A stretch of 64,000 nt of DNA from NCBI GenBank assembly GCA_963747215.1, contig CAVVET010000040.1, positions 47,572 through 111,571 on the forward strand, given 5' to 3'. This document shows, piece by piece, positions 43,036 through 53,663 of the stretch (the stretch's first letter is position 1; each line of letters starts with the position of its first letter). Source of the DNA: an uncultured Acidimicrobiales bacterium. Its GTDB lineage: Bacteria > Actinomycetota > Acidimicrobiia > Acidimicrobiales > DATKAS01. The notes beneath the pieces were generated by a model. The model worked only from the letters and a program-made list of their open reading frames with translations. It searched no databases and was not told where the DNA came from. A program made the translations under genes and the position numbers.

Positions 43036-43063
43036 GCCCCTTCGCGCTCCAGCAGAAGTGGGC
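43036..43063 (+). ncRNA. Candidate cis-regulatory RNA hairpin (Moco-II-motif-like)
   Basis: GCCCCUUC-GCGCUCCAGCA-GAAGUGGGC, between a TAATCT -10 (43020) and the AAGGAG RBS of osmC; motif identity from recall, not a search. Confidence 0.5.
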
Positions 43064-43085
43064 CAACACCAGCAAGGAGCACTAC

Positions 43086-43650
43086 ATGGCAAAGACCGCA
43101 TCTCCCGTCGACAACGGCGTCAACGTCCAAGCTCTGCTCGACGCCCGCGAGGCGCTGACCTCGGCGCCGGAAGCGGCGCAGTTCAAGTGGCGTGCCTCGT
43201 GCAAGTGGGTGAACGGCACCCACAGCAGCAACTCGGTGAAGGGGTTCTTCGGCCTGGGAGCCGAGCAGAGCCACAAGACCGAGTTCTCCTTCGACGCCGA
43301 CCATCCCGAGCTCTTCGCCTCTGAGGACAACGGCATCACCCCGGTCGAGTACGTGCTCGTCGGTCTCGCCAGCTGCCTCACCGCCGGCGTCGCCGCGGTG
43401 GCCCAGAACCGTGAGATCCAGCTCAAGTCGGTCTCAGCGACGCTCGAGGGCGACATGGACGTGTCGGGCATCCTGGGCATCGACAGCGACGTGCGCAACG
43501 GGTTCAGCGGCATCAAGGTGACCTACGCAGATCGACGCCGATGCGTCGCCCGAGGACATCAAGGCCCTCGTGGCCCAGTCACAGAAGCGCTCGGCGGTGT
43601 ACGACATCGTCACGAACCCGACGAACGTCACCGTCGAGGTCAACCCGTAG
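43086..43650 (+). CDS. OsmC-family protein (frameshift ~43529)
   Basis: DNGVNV, DADHPELFASEDNGITPVEYVLVGLASC, LEGDMD, RNGF, SQKRSAVYD. Confidence 0.88.
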
Positions 43651-43676
43651 CAAGTTCGATCGGCCAGGCGAGTCCC

Positions 43677-44935
43677 TTGCGTACGACCACCACGATCGTC
43701 ATCGGTGCTGGTCACGCAGGGCTCGCCATGAGCCGGTGTCTCACCTCACGGTCCATCGACCACGTCGTGCTCGAACGCGGCACCGTGGCCAACACCTGGA
43801 AGACCGAGCGGTGGGACTCGCTGCGCCTGCTCACGCCGAACTGGCAGAGCCGGCTGCCCGACTACCGCTACGAGGGCGACGATCCCGACGGCTTCATGAC
43901 GATGCCCGAGCTGATCGCGTTCATCGAGGGCTACGCGGCCCACATCGCGGCGCCGGTGCAGACCGAGACAACGGTGACGTCGGTGACCCGCAACGACGAC
44001 GGGTTCGTCGTCCACACCGACCAAGGCGACTGGGCGGCACCCACGGTCGTGGTGGCCAGCGGGCACTGCAACATCGCGCGACATCCCCGCAGTGGCCGAC
44101 GCGGTGCCGGGCGACATCACCACGATCACGCCGTCGCAGTACCGCACCCCTGAGCAGCTCGAAGAGGGCGGCGTGATGGTCGTCGGGGCCGCGGCCACGG
44201 GTGTGCAGCTCGCGGACGAGATCCAGAGGTCGGGCCGGCCGGTGACACTCGCGGTGAGCGGCCACGTTCGGTCGCCCCGGGTCTACCGAGGGATGGACAT
44301 CCAATGGTGGATGGACGTCACGGGGCTCAACAACGAGCGCTACGACGAGGTCGACGACGTCACGCGTGTGCGCAAGCTGCCCTCCTTCCAGCTCGCCGGC
44401 TCGCCCGATCGCCGCACGATCGACCTCAACGCGCTCACCGACGCCGGTGTGCAGCTCGTCGGCAAGTTCGCCGGCATCAACGACGGCAAGGCGCAGTTCT
44501 CCGGCTCGCTGCGAAATCAGTGTGCAATGGCCGACCTGAAGCTCGGGCGGCTGCTCGACACGATCGACGAATGGGCATCGTCGAATGCGCTCGAACGCGA
44601 GGTCGAGCGCTCCGCAGCGCTTCGAGCCGACTCGGGTCGACGACAACCCGTTGCTCGGCCTCGATCTGCGCAGCGGCGCGATCAGGACGATCATCTGGGC
44701 GACGGGATTCCGGCCCGACTACTCGTGGCTCGACATCGACATCGTCGACCGCAAGGGCTACATCCGCCACGACGGTGGCGTCGTGACCGAGGCGCCCGGC
44801 TTGTATCTGATGGCGATGCCGTTCTTGCGGCGCCGCAAGTCGACGCTGATCGACGGCGCCGCCGACGACGCCACCGACCTGAGCGACCACCTCGCCGCGT
44901 ACCTCGCCCGCGGCCCCGCCTTCTCGCGGAGATAA
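43677..44935 (+). CDS. Flavin-containing monooxygenase-like FAD/NAD(P) oxidoreductase (frameshifts ~44075, ~44610)
   Basis: IGAGHAG, RWDSLRLLTPNW, VVGAAATGVQLA, IWATGFRP. Confidence 0.88.
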
Positions 44936-44969
44936 CGCGTCACAGATGACGCGTTATCTACCAGGAACG
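44921..44969 (+). repeat. REP-like palindromic element, copy 2
   Basis: Perfect stem AGATAACGCGTCA-CAGA-TGACGCGTTATCT (44930-44959), which supplies the TAA stops of both convergent genes. Confidence 0.75.
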
Positions 44970-45541
44970 GGGGTGGCGAACGTGGGGGTGGCGCCCGGGG
45001 GCAGGCCGATCTCGAACGCGTTCAGCGTGAACGACACCAGCGTGTAGTAGCCGACGAGCGAGACGAGCTCGACCATGCCGCGGTCCCCCAGGAACGCGTG
45101 CGCGGCCGCGTAGGTGTCGGCGTCGAGGCGGCCGCTCTCGCTCAGTTGCTTCGCAGCCGTGTACACGGCGCGCTCGTCGTCCTTCGACAGCGGCGGCACG
45201 TCGCCGCGACCGATCGCGTCGATCACGTCGTCGGTGACGCCGTGCTGACGTGCCATCGGCACGTGCGCCCACCACTCGAACTCGGACTTCCAGTGCGCGC
45301 CCGTCGTGATGATCGCGAGCTCGAGCAAGCGACGCTCGACGGAGCTGCCGGAACGGAGTTGCCAACCGAGCTCGGCGGCCCGGCGTCCGAGCTCGGGTTC
45401 GTGCAGCCAGGGGTTGAACGGCCCTCGCAAGCCGCCGTCCTCGTCGATGACGGCGGCCGAGCGCGTGGAGACGATCAGATCCCAGAGGGCACCGCCCGTC
45501 TCGTCGAGGTCTTCGCGTCGGAGGGCAGGAAGTCGGCTCAT
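44954..45541 (-). CDS. Carboxymuconolactone decarboxylase/AhpD-like protein
   Basis: GPFNPWLHEP, ELAII, EFEWWAHVPMA, VELVSLVGYY. Confidence 0.85.
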   Translation of the reverse strand: MSRLPALRREDLDETGGALWDLIVSTRSAAVIDEDGGLRGPFNPWLHEPELGRRAAELGWQLRSGSSVERRLLELAIITTGAHWKSEFEWWAHVPMARQHGVTDDVIDAIGRGDVPPLSKDDERAVYTAAKQLSESGRLDADTYAAAHAFLGDRGMVELVSLVGYYTLVSFTLNAFEIGLPPGATPTFATPVPGR

Positions 45542-46210
45542 GGCGCGATCATCGCGAACGCGCGGACGGGGAACGTCCCGAAGCCGCTCACCTTCGGCGG
45601 CACCGCGAAGAACCGCGCCCCCTCGTCGGGCAGTTCGCCGAGGTTCGTGAGGTGTTCGACGATCGGGATGCCGGCGCCGAGCAGGCCGTGATGCGCCGGT
45701 CGGCGCAGGTTCGCCATCGAGTCGATGTTCACCGAGTCGATGCCCGCGAGCACGACCCGACGGGTGAGCAGCGCGTCGACCACCGCGGCCGTGAGGTGCG
45801 GCGCGGGTTTGCCGTACTCGCGGGGTGCGCCAGTGACGGTCCCAGCCGGTGTGGAACAGCACCGCCGTCCCTTCGAGCGAGCCGGAGGGCAACGCGTCGA
45901 CGCCGATACCCCCCGCCGTCCCCTCGCAGCGCACGACGACCGCGGGCAGGTCTGCGAGCTGCGTGAGCGCGAGCCCGGCGAGATCAGCACCCTCGGAATA
46001 GAAGTGGAACGGGCTGTCGATGTACGTGCCGGTGTTCGCCACCATGTCGATCCGCCCGATGTGGAAGGAGACGCCCCCTTCCAAGCGTTGGGCTGTCTCC
46101 TCGCGACCGAGGTGGGTCGTGATCGTCGGGCCGGGGAGACCTGGATAGGTCGTCATCCCGTCGGCGATCTCGTGGCTGAGGTCGATGAGCTGTGCCATTG
46201 GCTGTGCCAT
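45538..46210 (-). CDS. Cyclase family metal hydrolase (kynurenine formamidase-like; frameshift ~45825)
   Basis: IDLSH, NTGTYIDSPFH, GIDS, HHGLL, IVEHLTNL. Confidence 0.87.
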
Positions 46211-46251
46211 TCGAAAACCCTAAGGTCGCCGCCTGGGCGAGACTGACGCCG

Positions 46252-47419
46252 ATGAGTGAGCGGGTGCCCTACCTGAACTCCCGCCTGCAGGGATTCGGCA
46301 CGACGATCTTCGCCGAGATGTCGGCGCTGGCCACCGAGACCGGCTCGATCAACCTCGGTCAGGGTTTCCCCGACACAGACGGGCCGCCCGAGGTCATGCA
46401 GGAGGCGATCGACGCGATCCGGCGGGGTGAGAACCAGTACCCGCCGGGGCCGGGCATCGCCGAACTGCGCCATGCGATCGTCGAACACCAGCGCCACTGG
46501 TACGGCCTGGAGCACGACCCCGACACCGAGGTGCTCGTCACTGCGGGGGCCACCGAAGCGATCGCCGCCACGCTGCTCGCCCTGTGCGAGCCCGGCGACG
46601 AGGTCGTGGCGTTCGAGCCCTACTACGACTCATACGCCGCCTGCATCGCGATGGCCGGCGCGCAGCACCGGCTCGTGCAGCTCCGTCCGCCCGGCTACAC
46701 GTTCGATCCGGACGCCTTCCGCGACCGCGGTGACGCCGCGCACTCGGCTGTTGCTCATCAACTCCCCACACAACCCGACGGGGAAGGTGCTCTCGCGGGA
46801 GGAGCTCGAGACGATTGCGAGCGTCTGCGTCGAGCACGATCTGATCGCGGTGACCGACGAGGTGTACGAGCACATCGTCTTCGAGGGCGAGCACATCCCG
46901 CTCGCGACGTTGCCCGGGATGCGAGATCGCGTGCTCACCATCTCCTCGGGCGGCAAGACGTTCTCGTGCACGGGATGGAAGATCGGCTGGGTCTGTGGTC
47001 CGGCCGCGCTCGTGCGGGCGGTGCGCACCGCGAAGCAGTTCCTGACCTACGTGAGCGGCGGTCCGTTCCAACCTGCCATCGCGGTCGGGCTGCGGCTGCC
47101 CGACGACCGCATCAACGCGCTCGGTCGCGAGCTGAAGGACAAGCGGGATCGCCTTTCCGCGGGCTTGGCCGGTGCGGGCCTCACGGTGTTCCCGCCGTCG
47201 GGCACGTACTTCGTGACCGTCGACATCCGTTCGTTGGGCGAGGACGACGGCTACGCGTTCTGTCGTTCGCTCCCCGCGCGTTGCGGAGTGGTCGCGGTGC
47301 CCAACGTCGTCTTCTACGACGACGTCGATGCGGGGAAGCCGCTCGTGCGGTTCGCGTTCTGCAAGAAGATGGACGTCATCGACGAGGCGGTCGAGCGCCT
47401 CCAGAAGCTGAGCCGGTGA
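46252..47419 (+). CDS. PLP class I aminotransferase (YbdL/glutamine transaminase K/DapC-like; frameshift ~46720)
   Basis: TTIFAEMS, INLGQGFPD, EPYYDSY, NSPHNPTG, DEVYE, SGGKTFSCTGWKIG, VRFAFCK. Confidence 0.92.
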
Positions 47420-47429
47420 GGGGGATGCG

Positions 47430-48193
47430 GTGAAGGTCGCAGCGATCCAGCACGACATCGTCTGGGAGAACCCGGCCGCGAACTTCGCGCATCTCGCCCC
47501 GATGATCGTGGAAGCGGCCGCGGGCGGCGCGCCGGCTCGCCGTCCTCACCGAGATGTACTCGACCGGCTTCTCGATGGCCGCCGAGCGCATCGCCGAGCC
47601 CGCTGAACGGGCCGAGCACCGAGTTCCTCGTCGAGCAGGCCGCGATGCACGACATGTGGGTGTGCGGATCGTTGCCCGAGCGCGCTCCGGGTGAGAAGCG
47701 GCCGTCGAACTGCCTGGTGCTCGCGGGACCCGACGGCACGGTGCACCGCTACCGCAAGATCCATCCCTTCTCCTACGCGGGTGAGCACGAGCACTACGCC
47801 GCAGGCGACAAGCACGTCACGGTGATGGTGGAGGGCGTGAGACTCAGCCTCTTCGTTTGCTACGACCTGCGGTTCGCCGACGAGTTCTGGGCCGTCGCGC
47901 CCGACACCGATTGCTACGTGGTCGTCGCGAACTGGCCCTCGCCGCGGCGTGAGCACTGGCGCACGCTCGCCCGAGCGCGTGCCATCGAGAACCAGGCCTA
48001 CGTCGTGTGCGCGAACCGCGTCGGGAAGGGCGACGGGCTCGACTACACGGGCGACAGCGCCGTCATCGATCCGATGGGCGCCGCCACGGAGGCACCCGAG
48101 TCCACCGAGGCCGTGCTCATCGCGGACGTGGATCCCGAGATCGTCGCGGAAACCCGCGCTCGCTTCCCCTTCCTCGTCGACCGAAGGACCTAG
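47430..48193 (+). CDS. Nitrilase superfamily omega-amidase (YafV-like; frameshifts)
   Basis: Q...IVWE, EMYSTGF, YRKIH, CYDLRF, RARAIENQ. Confidence 0.88.
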
Positions 48194-48205
48194 AGGAGGG
48201 CCGCC

Positions 48206-49196
48206 GTGTTGCGCACACCGCTGTGCGACCTGCTCGACATCGAGCATCCGATCATCCAGGCGGGCATGAGCACCTACACGTCGCCCGCGCTCGTCGCGGC
48301 GGTGACGAACGCCGGAGGTCTGGGCAGCTTGGGGGTGTGGCGGCGTGACGTCGGCCAGCTCGAACGCGACCTCGCCGAGCTTCGAGGTCTCACCGACGGG
48401 AAGTTCGCGCTCAATCACGTCGTTCCCGACCTCAACGACGCAGCGTTCACGCTCAGCCTCACCGCCCGGCCGGCGGTGATCTCCTTCGCGCTCGACGACG
48501 CGGGCGAGCTGATCGAGCGGGTGCACGACGCGGGCAGCCTCGCGATGCAGCAGATCACTACCGTCCGCCAGGCGGAGGAGGCCGCGGCGCACGGCATCGA
48601 CATCCTGGTCGCGCAGGGCGGCGAATCCGGCGGCTACGGCGGCGTCGTGGCGACGCTCGACACTCGTGCCGCAAGTCGTCGACGCGGTGCACCCGATCCC
48701 GGTCGTTGCCGCCGGCGGCATCGCTGACGGCCGAGGGCTCGCTGCCGCGCTCGTGCTCGGCGCCGCTGGCGTCAACATCGGGAGCCGCTTCCTCGCTTGC
48801 GAGGAGGCGCCGATCAGCCAGGGGTGGAAGCAGGCGCTCGTGGACGGGTCGTCGGAGGAGTGGGTGCAGGTCGAGTTCCTCAACGTTCTCAGCCCGAATC
48901 CGGGCGTCACCGGCTACGGCACTCGCGTGCGGACCCGCCGCAACGACTTCACCGAGAAGTGGGAGCAGCGACGCTCGGAGCTGCCCGACGTCGGCGGCGA
49001 GCTCGTCGCCGAGCTCACCCAGGCGGGCAAGGACGGCGTCGACCTCATGATGGTGGGCGGGCAGAGCGCGGGGATGATTCGCGAAGTGCTCCCCGCGGCG
49101 GAGGTGATCCGCCGGTTCGTCGCCGAGGCCGAGGACGCGCTCACCGCCGGGGCCGCGGTGCGATCGCCGCTGAGGTGGTGCCGTCGTCCGACGTGA
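48206..49196 (+). CDS. Nitronate monooxygenase / FabK-family flavoprotein (frameshift ~48660)
   Basis: IIQAGM, AGGLGSL, QGGESGG, VVAAGGIADGRG. Confidence 0.88.
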
Positions 49197-50536
49197 GTCG
49201 TTTGCTCGACGCCGACGCGACGGCTCAAGCGGAGGCGGTTCGCCGGGGTGACATCGGCGCGGACGAGCTCGTGCGGGCCGCGATCGAGCGCACCGAAGCC
49301 CGCAATGTCGACATCGGCGCCGTCGTCTTCACCCGGTACGAGGAAGCGCTGAGCGAGTCGCGCGCTTCAACCGGACCATTCGCCGGCGTTCCGATCATGA
49401 TCAAAGACGCCGGCGAGGAGATCGCCGGATGTCGCTACGCGATCGGCACGCCGGTGCTCGACGCACTGGGCTATCGCTCCACGCGCACCACACCGCTCAC
49501 GAGCGCGCTGCAAGCGCTCGGCTTCGTCGTGATCGCGAAGACGAACGTCCCCGAGCTCTCCGCGGGCAACACGACCGAGCCCGCGGCGTTCGGACCGACT
49601 CGGAACCCTTGGGATCTCACGCGCACAGCCGGCGGTTCGAGCGGAGGCTCGGCGGCGGCGGTCGCGGCGGGCATGGTCGCGGTCGCACAGGGCAGTGACG
49701 GCACGGGCTCGTTGCGCTATCCCGCGAGCGCGTGCGGGGTGCTCACTCTCAAGCCGACCGTCGGTCGGATCCCCGTGACGGTTCCGCTCTCTGACGATCC
49801 CGGGCTCTGGACCGCGTTCGTGCTGACGCGCAGCGCTCGCGATCTGCGCGGGGTGTACGTCGGTCTGGTCGGCGAGGAGGCGTCTCCCTCCCAGCGATCG
49901 CTCCGCATCGGCCTGCTCGACGATGATCCGATGCTCGGCGCGCCGGTCGACGCGGCATGTCGCGACGCCGTTCGCCGCGCCGGAACTCTGTTGGAAGGCC
50001 TGGGGCATCAGGTCGAGACCGCGCATCCGGCTGCCCTCGAGAAGCTGTTCGGACCCATCGGCGCTGCCCTCGAGACCGTGATCGCCGACGCGCGGGCGTC
50101 CCAGCTCCGCTCGCTCGGCGAGCTGATCGGACGGCCCGTCGAGGATGGCGATGTGAGCCCGACGCTGCTGAGCCAGGTGCGCGGCGACGGGCCGGTGAGT
50201 CGCGAGGCGCGGGCGGCGGCGCTCGACGCCATCAACGCGGCGATGCGTCCGATCGTCGAGTGGTGGGACGAGTTCGACCTGCTCGTGACGCCGACGATGC
50301 GCCAACCGCCGTGGCCGCTCGGGGAAGTCACCGGACCTCTGCACTCCGGCGTGTTCCCTGTGCCGTTCAGCTTCACCGGCCAGCCCGCGCTGTCGGTGCC
50401 GCTTCACCGGACCGCCGACGGGTTGCCCGTCGGCGTGCAGGTCGTGGGCGCACCCGGTGCTGATCGCGTCCTGCTCGCCGTTGCTGCCGCTCTCGAAGCG
50501 GCTTCGCCTTGGCCGACGCTTGCTCCCGCTCGGTAA
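49193..50536 (+). CDS. Amidase-signature family amidase
   Basis: GVPIMIKD, KTNVPE, TRNPW, GGSSGGSAAAV, GSDGTGSLRYPA. Confidence 0.92.
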   Translation: MSRLLDADATAQAEAVRRGDIGADELVRAAIERTEARNVDIGAVVFTRYEEALSESRASTGPFAGVPIMIKDAGEEIAGCRYAIGTPVLDALGYRSTRTTPLTSALQALGFVVIAKTNVPELSAGNTTEPAAFGPTRNPWDLTRTAGGSSGGSAAAVAAGMVAVAQGSDGTGSLRYPASACGVLTLKPTVGRIPVTVPLSDDPGLWTAFVLTRSARDLRGVYVGLVGEEASPSQRSLRIGLLDDDPMLGAPVDAACRDAVRRAGTLLEGLGHQVETAHPAALEKLFGPIGAALETVIADARASQLRSLGELIGRPVEDGDVSPTLLSQVRGDGPVSREARAAALDAINAAMRPIVEWWDEFDLLVTPTMRQPPWPLGEVTGPLHSGVFPVPFSFTGQPALSVPLHRTADGLPVGVQVVGAPGADRVLLAVAAALEAASPWPTLAPAR

Positions 50537-50562
50537 TGTCGGCCTCGACCAAGGGGGATCAC

Positions 50563-51514
50563 GTGGAATCGTTCGATGGGTTGCTCGCTGTCGTCACCGG
50601 TGGCGGAACGGGGATGGGACGCGAGCTCGTCATCCAGCTCGCCCGAGAGGGATGCTCCGTCGCGACGTGCGACGTGATCCCCGAGACACTGGCCGAGACC
50701 GCGAAGCTCGCGGCCAACGAGGCCAAGCCGGGCGTGAAGATCACGACGCACATCTGCGACGTCGCTGACGCCGGCCAGATGGACAAGTTCCGCGACGACG
50801 TCGTCAGAGAGCACGACACCGATCACGTGAACCTGGTGTTCAACAACGCGGGCATCGGCGGTGGCGGCTCGTTCGTCGCCGGCAAGCGCGAAGAGTGGGA
50901 CCGCGTCTTCGGCATCTGCTGGGGCGGCGTCTACAACGGCGCCCGAGCGTTCGTGCCGCTGCTCGTCGCGAGCGACGACGGCTACCTGATCAACACCGCC
51001 AGCGTGAACGGGTTCTGGGCGTCGCTCGGCCCTGGCAACCCTCACACCGCGTACAGCTCGGCAAAGTTCGCCGTGAAGGGCTTCTCCGAGGCGCTGATCG
51101 AGGACTTCCGCGTCAACGCTCCCCACGTGAAGGTCGCCGTCGTGATGCCGGGCCACATCGGCACCGAGATCGTCAACAACAGCCGCCGGATCCATGGGCG
51201 GCCGAGAGCCCGAGGACATGACCGCGGAGGATCTCGCTGAGGCTCGCCGCCAGATGGCATCGCGCGGCTTCCCCGCCGACTCCGCGAGTGACGACGACAT
51301 CCGCAACATGATCAAGGGAATGGCGGACATGTTCCGCGACAACGCCCCGGTCTCGTCCGCGCAGGCCGCCACCGTCATCCTCGACGGCGTGAAGGCGGGG
51401 AAGTGGCGCATCCTCGTCGGTGACGACGCGCACGCGCTCGACCAGGCCGTGCGCGCCGATCCGGAGGGCATCTACGGAGACGGCGGAATCGGCCTGCAGT
51501 CCATGCAGCGTTAG
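50563..51514 (+). CDS. SDR family oxidoreductase (frameshift ~51200)
   Basis: TGGGTGMG, FNNAG, YSSAK. Confidence 0.88.
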
Positions 51515-52288
51515 CTCGGCGCCGAGATACAGGTCCTTGTTGAGAAGGAACCGCGGGTAGGAGCCCGCGTTCGTCGGGCGGGTGTGCAGCATCAGCGGGT
51601 GCATCAGGATCACCTCGCCGGCTGTCGCCGTGAGCTCGGCGACGCGCAACGGGATGCCGCCGACCTCTTCCTCGCGATCGAAGAACCGGGCGATCCGTGG
51701 TTCCGGATCGCCGTCCGTGCCGAGCTCGCGTAGATATTCGTAGCTGCGCATCAGCGACTTGCGGATTTGCGCCCCCTTCGAGCCCGGCGGGGGAGCGTGC
51801 TCGGCGAAGTGCTGCGCAACGAGCCGGTGTGATCCCGTGAGGATCGTCATTCCGCCCGCGCGTGGCGCGACGTCGCCGAACATCGTGTGCACCTTCAGTC
51901 CCGTGAGCGGCGCCAGCGGCGCGGTGTAGTCATGATCGATGTGCCAGGCCTTCCACGGCACGGTCCACGGCCGGAACGTCGGGAACAGCAAGAAGTACGC
52001 CCCCCAGTCGGAGGGCTCGCGCCAGCGGCCCGTCCCGACGAGCTCGTCGATGGCGCTCAGCGTGCGATCGCTCCCCACCGCCTTGAACGCCGGATGACCC
52101 TTGAGGTGTTGCAGATGCGCGGGGCTCTCGTTGAGCCAGGTCTTCGGGTTGTCGCGCTCGATGCCTTGCTTCGCGAGCTCGCGCCACACGACGTCACGCA
52201 TCGTCTCGGCCTCGTCGGCCGTGAACGCCGCCGGGACGCGCACGAACCCGTAGGTGTCGAAATGCTCGCGGTCGGCGGGCGTCAGCAC
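51511..52288 (-). CDS. Phytanoyl-CoA dioxygenase family Fe(II)/2OG enzyme
   Basis: FDTYGFV, WHID (HxD), GSH, GEVILMHPLMLH; 3' end approximate. Confidence 0.85.
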
Positions 52289-52350
52289 ATCGCCGACTCT
52301 GTCAGTTCCGCTCGTCCACCCCGCCGCGATTTGCTGGGTACGCTCCGCCC

Positions 52351-53631
52351 ATCGCCTCCTCACTTCCGTCGTTCTTCCTGGTACGGCAAGCGGTGCGCGG
52401 CCCCAAGGTCGACGACGTCGCCGCACGGGTGACCGAGACGCTGTCGTCGCTCGACCTGGGTCAGAACGTGCGGCCCGGCGACCGCGTCGCCGTCACTGCC
52501 GGCAGTCGCGGCATCGCCAACATCGCGTCAGCGCTCGCGGCCACGGTCGCTCACCTGCGCTCGATCGGAGCCGACCCGTTCGTGGTGCCTGCGATGGGCA
52601 GCCACGGCGGCGGCACCGCCGAAGGTCAGGTCGAGCTGCTCGAGTCGTACGGCATCACCGAGGCGACGTGTGGCTGCCCGATCGTGGCGAGCATGGACAC
52701 GGTCAGGCTCGGCGAGTCCAAGCTCGGATTCCCGATGCTGTTCGATCGAGTCGCGAGCGAGGCGGACCACGTTGTCGTGGTCAATCGCGTCAAGACCCAC
52801 ACGATGTTCACGGGGCCGGTCGAGAGCGGGCTGGCGAAGATGGCGATGATCGGGCTCGGCAAGCAGGCAGGTGCTGCCGTCTACCACCAGGCCATCGTCG
52901 AGCACGGTTGGACGACGGTGATCGACGACGTCGTGCCGGTTGTGCTCGAGAAGGGGAAGATCCTCGCCGGGCTCGCGCTCGTCGAGCGTGGCGACGAGGA
53001 GACGGCGCGCGTCGAAGCCCTGCCCGCCGCGGCGATCCTCACCGACGAACCCGCGTTGCTCGCCGACTCCCGCCGATGGATGGCGACACTCCCGTTCACC
53101 GACATCGACCTGCTGCTCGTCGATGAGATCGGTAAGAACATCAGTGGTGCCGGCCTCGATCCCACGGTCGTCGGCCGGAAGGACTCGCTCCACATGGCCG
53201 ATCCCGCTCGCGACCTCAGAGTTCGGTTCATCGCCGCTCGCAACCTCTCGGAGGACACGCACGGCAACGCGATCGGGGTCGGGATCGCGGAGTTCTGCCG
53301 CTCCCGTCTGCTTCGGAGCATGGACGTGGAAGCGACGAGGCTGAACGCGTTCACCGCCGGTGACATCGCGCCGGCTATGGCGTCACTCGACTTCGAGACT
53401 GATGTCGAGATCGTCGACACCGCGCTCTCGATGATCGGCCTCCGGGCCCCCCACGAGGCCAGAGCGATCTGGATGCGCAACACGCTCGCGGTCGACGTTG
53501 TCGCCTGTTCCGACGCGCTGCGCGACGAGGCCGACCTGCGCGACGACATCGAAGTGCTCACGTCGCCCGCGCCCTTGCCGTTCGACGCTGACGGGAACCT
53601 CCCCGACTTCCTCCCCCGCTCCGGCTGGTAA
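52351..53631 (+). CDS. Lactate-racemase (LarA) superfamily / DUF362-like protein
   Basis: GSRGI, PAMGSHGG, NRVKTHT, ESGLAKM, GKNISGAGLD; an in-frame ATC at 52351, 6 nt after TACGCT, may be a miscalled ATG. Confidence 0.75.
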   Translation: MASSLPSFFLVRQAVRGPKVDDVAARVTETLSSLDLGQNVRPGDRVAVTAGSRGIANIASALAATVAHLRSIGADPFVVPAMGSHGGGTAEGQVELLESYGITEATCGCPIVASMDTVRLGESKLGFPMLFDRVASEADHVVVVNRVKTHTMFTGPVESGLAKMAMIGLGKQAGAAVYHQAIVEHGWTTVIDDVVPVVLEKGKILAGLALVERGDEETARVEALPAAAILTDEPALLADSRRWMATLPFTDIDLLLVDEIGKNISGAGLDPTVVGRKDSLHMADPARDLRVRFIAARNLSEDTHGNAIGVGIAEFCRSRLLRSMDVEATRLNAFTAGDIAPAMASLDFETDVEIVDTALSMIGLRAPHEARAIWMRNTLAVDVVACSDALRDEADLRDDIEVLTSPAPLPFDADGNLPDFLPRSGW

Positions 53632-53663
53632 CCCCCCGCCCCGAAACGGTCGGGGAACGAGGC

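Noticed and set aside
43086-44153. 355-aa OsmC-flavoprotein fusion
   Set aside because: The OsmC C-terminus continues in another frame to TAG 43650; an indel at ~43529 explains it.
44954-46210. 418-aa cyclase-CMD fusion
   Set aside because: The cyclase C-terminus lies in ORF 45538-45990 and ends in an ATGA overlap with the CMD start.
51173-51510. Long C-terminal extension of PhyH overlapping the SDR
   Set aside because: Probably a one-base error just before a TAA near 51511; the extension is antisense to the SDR.
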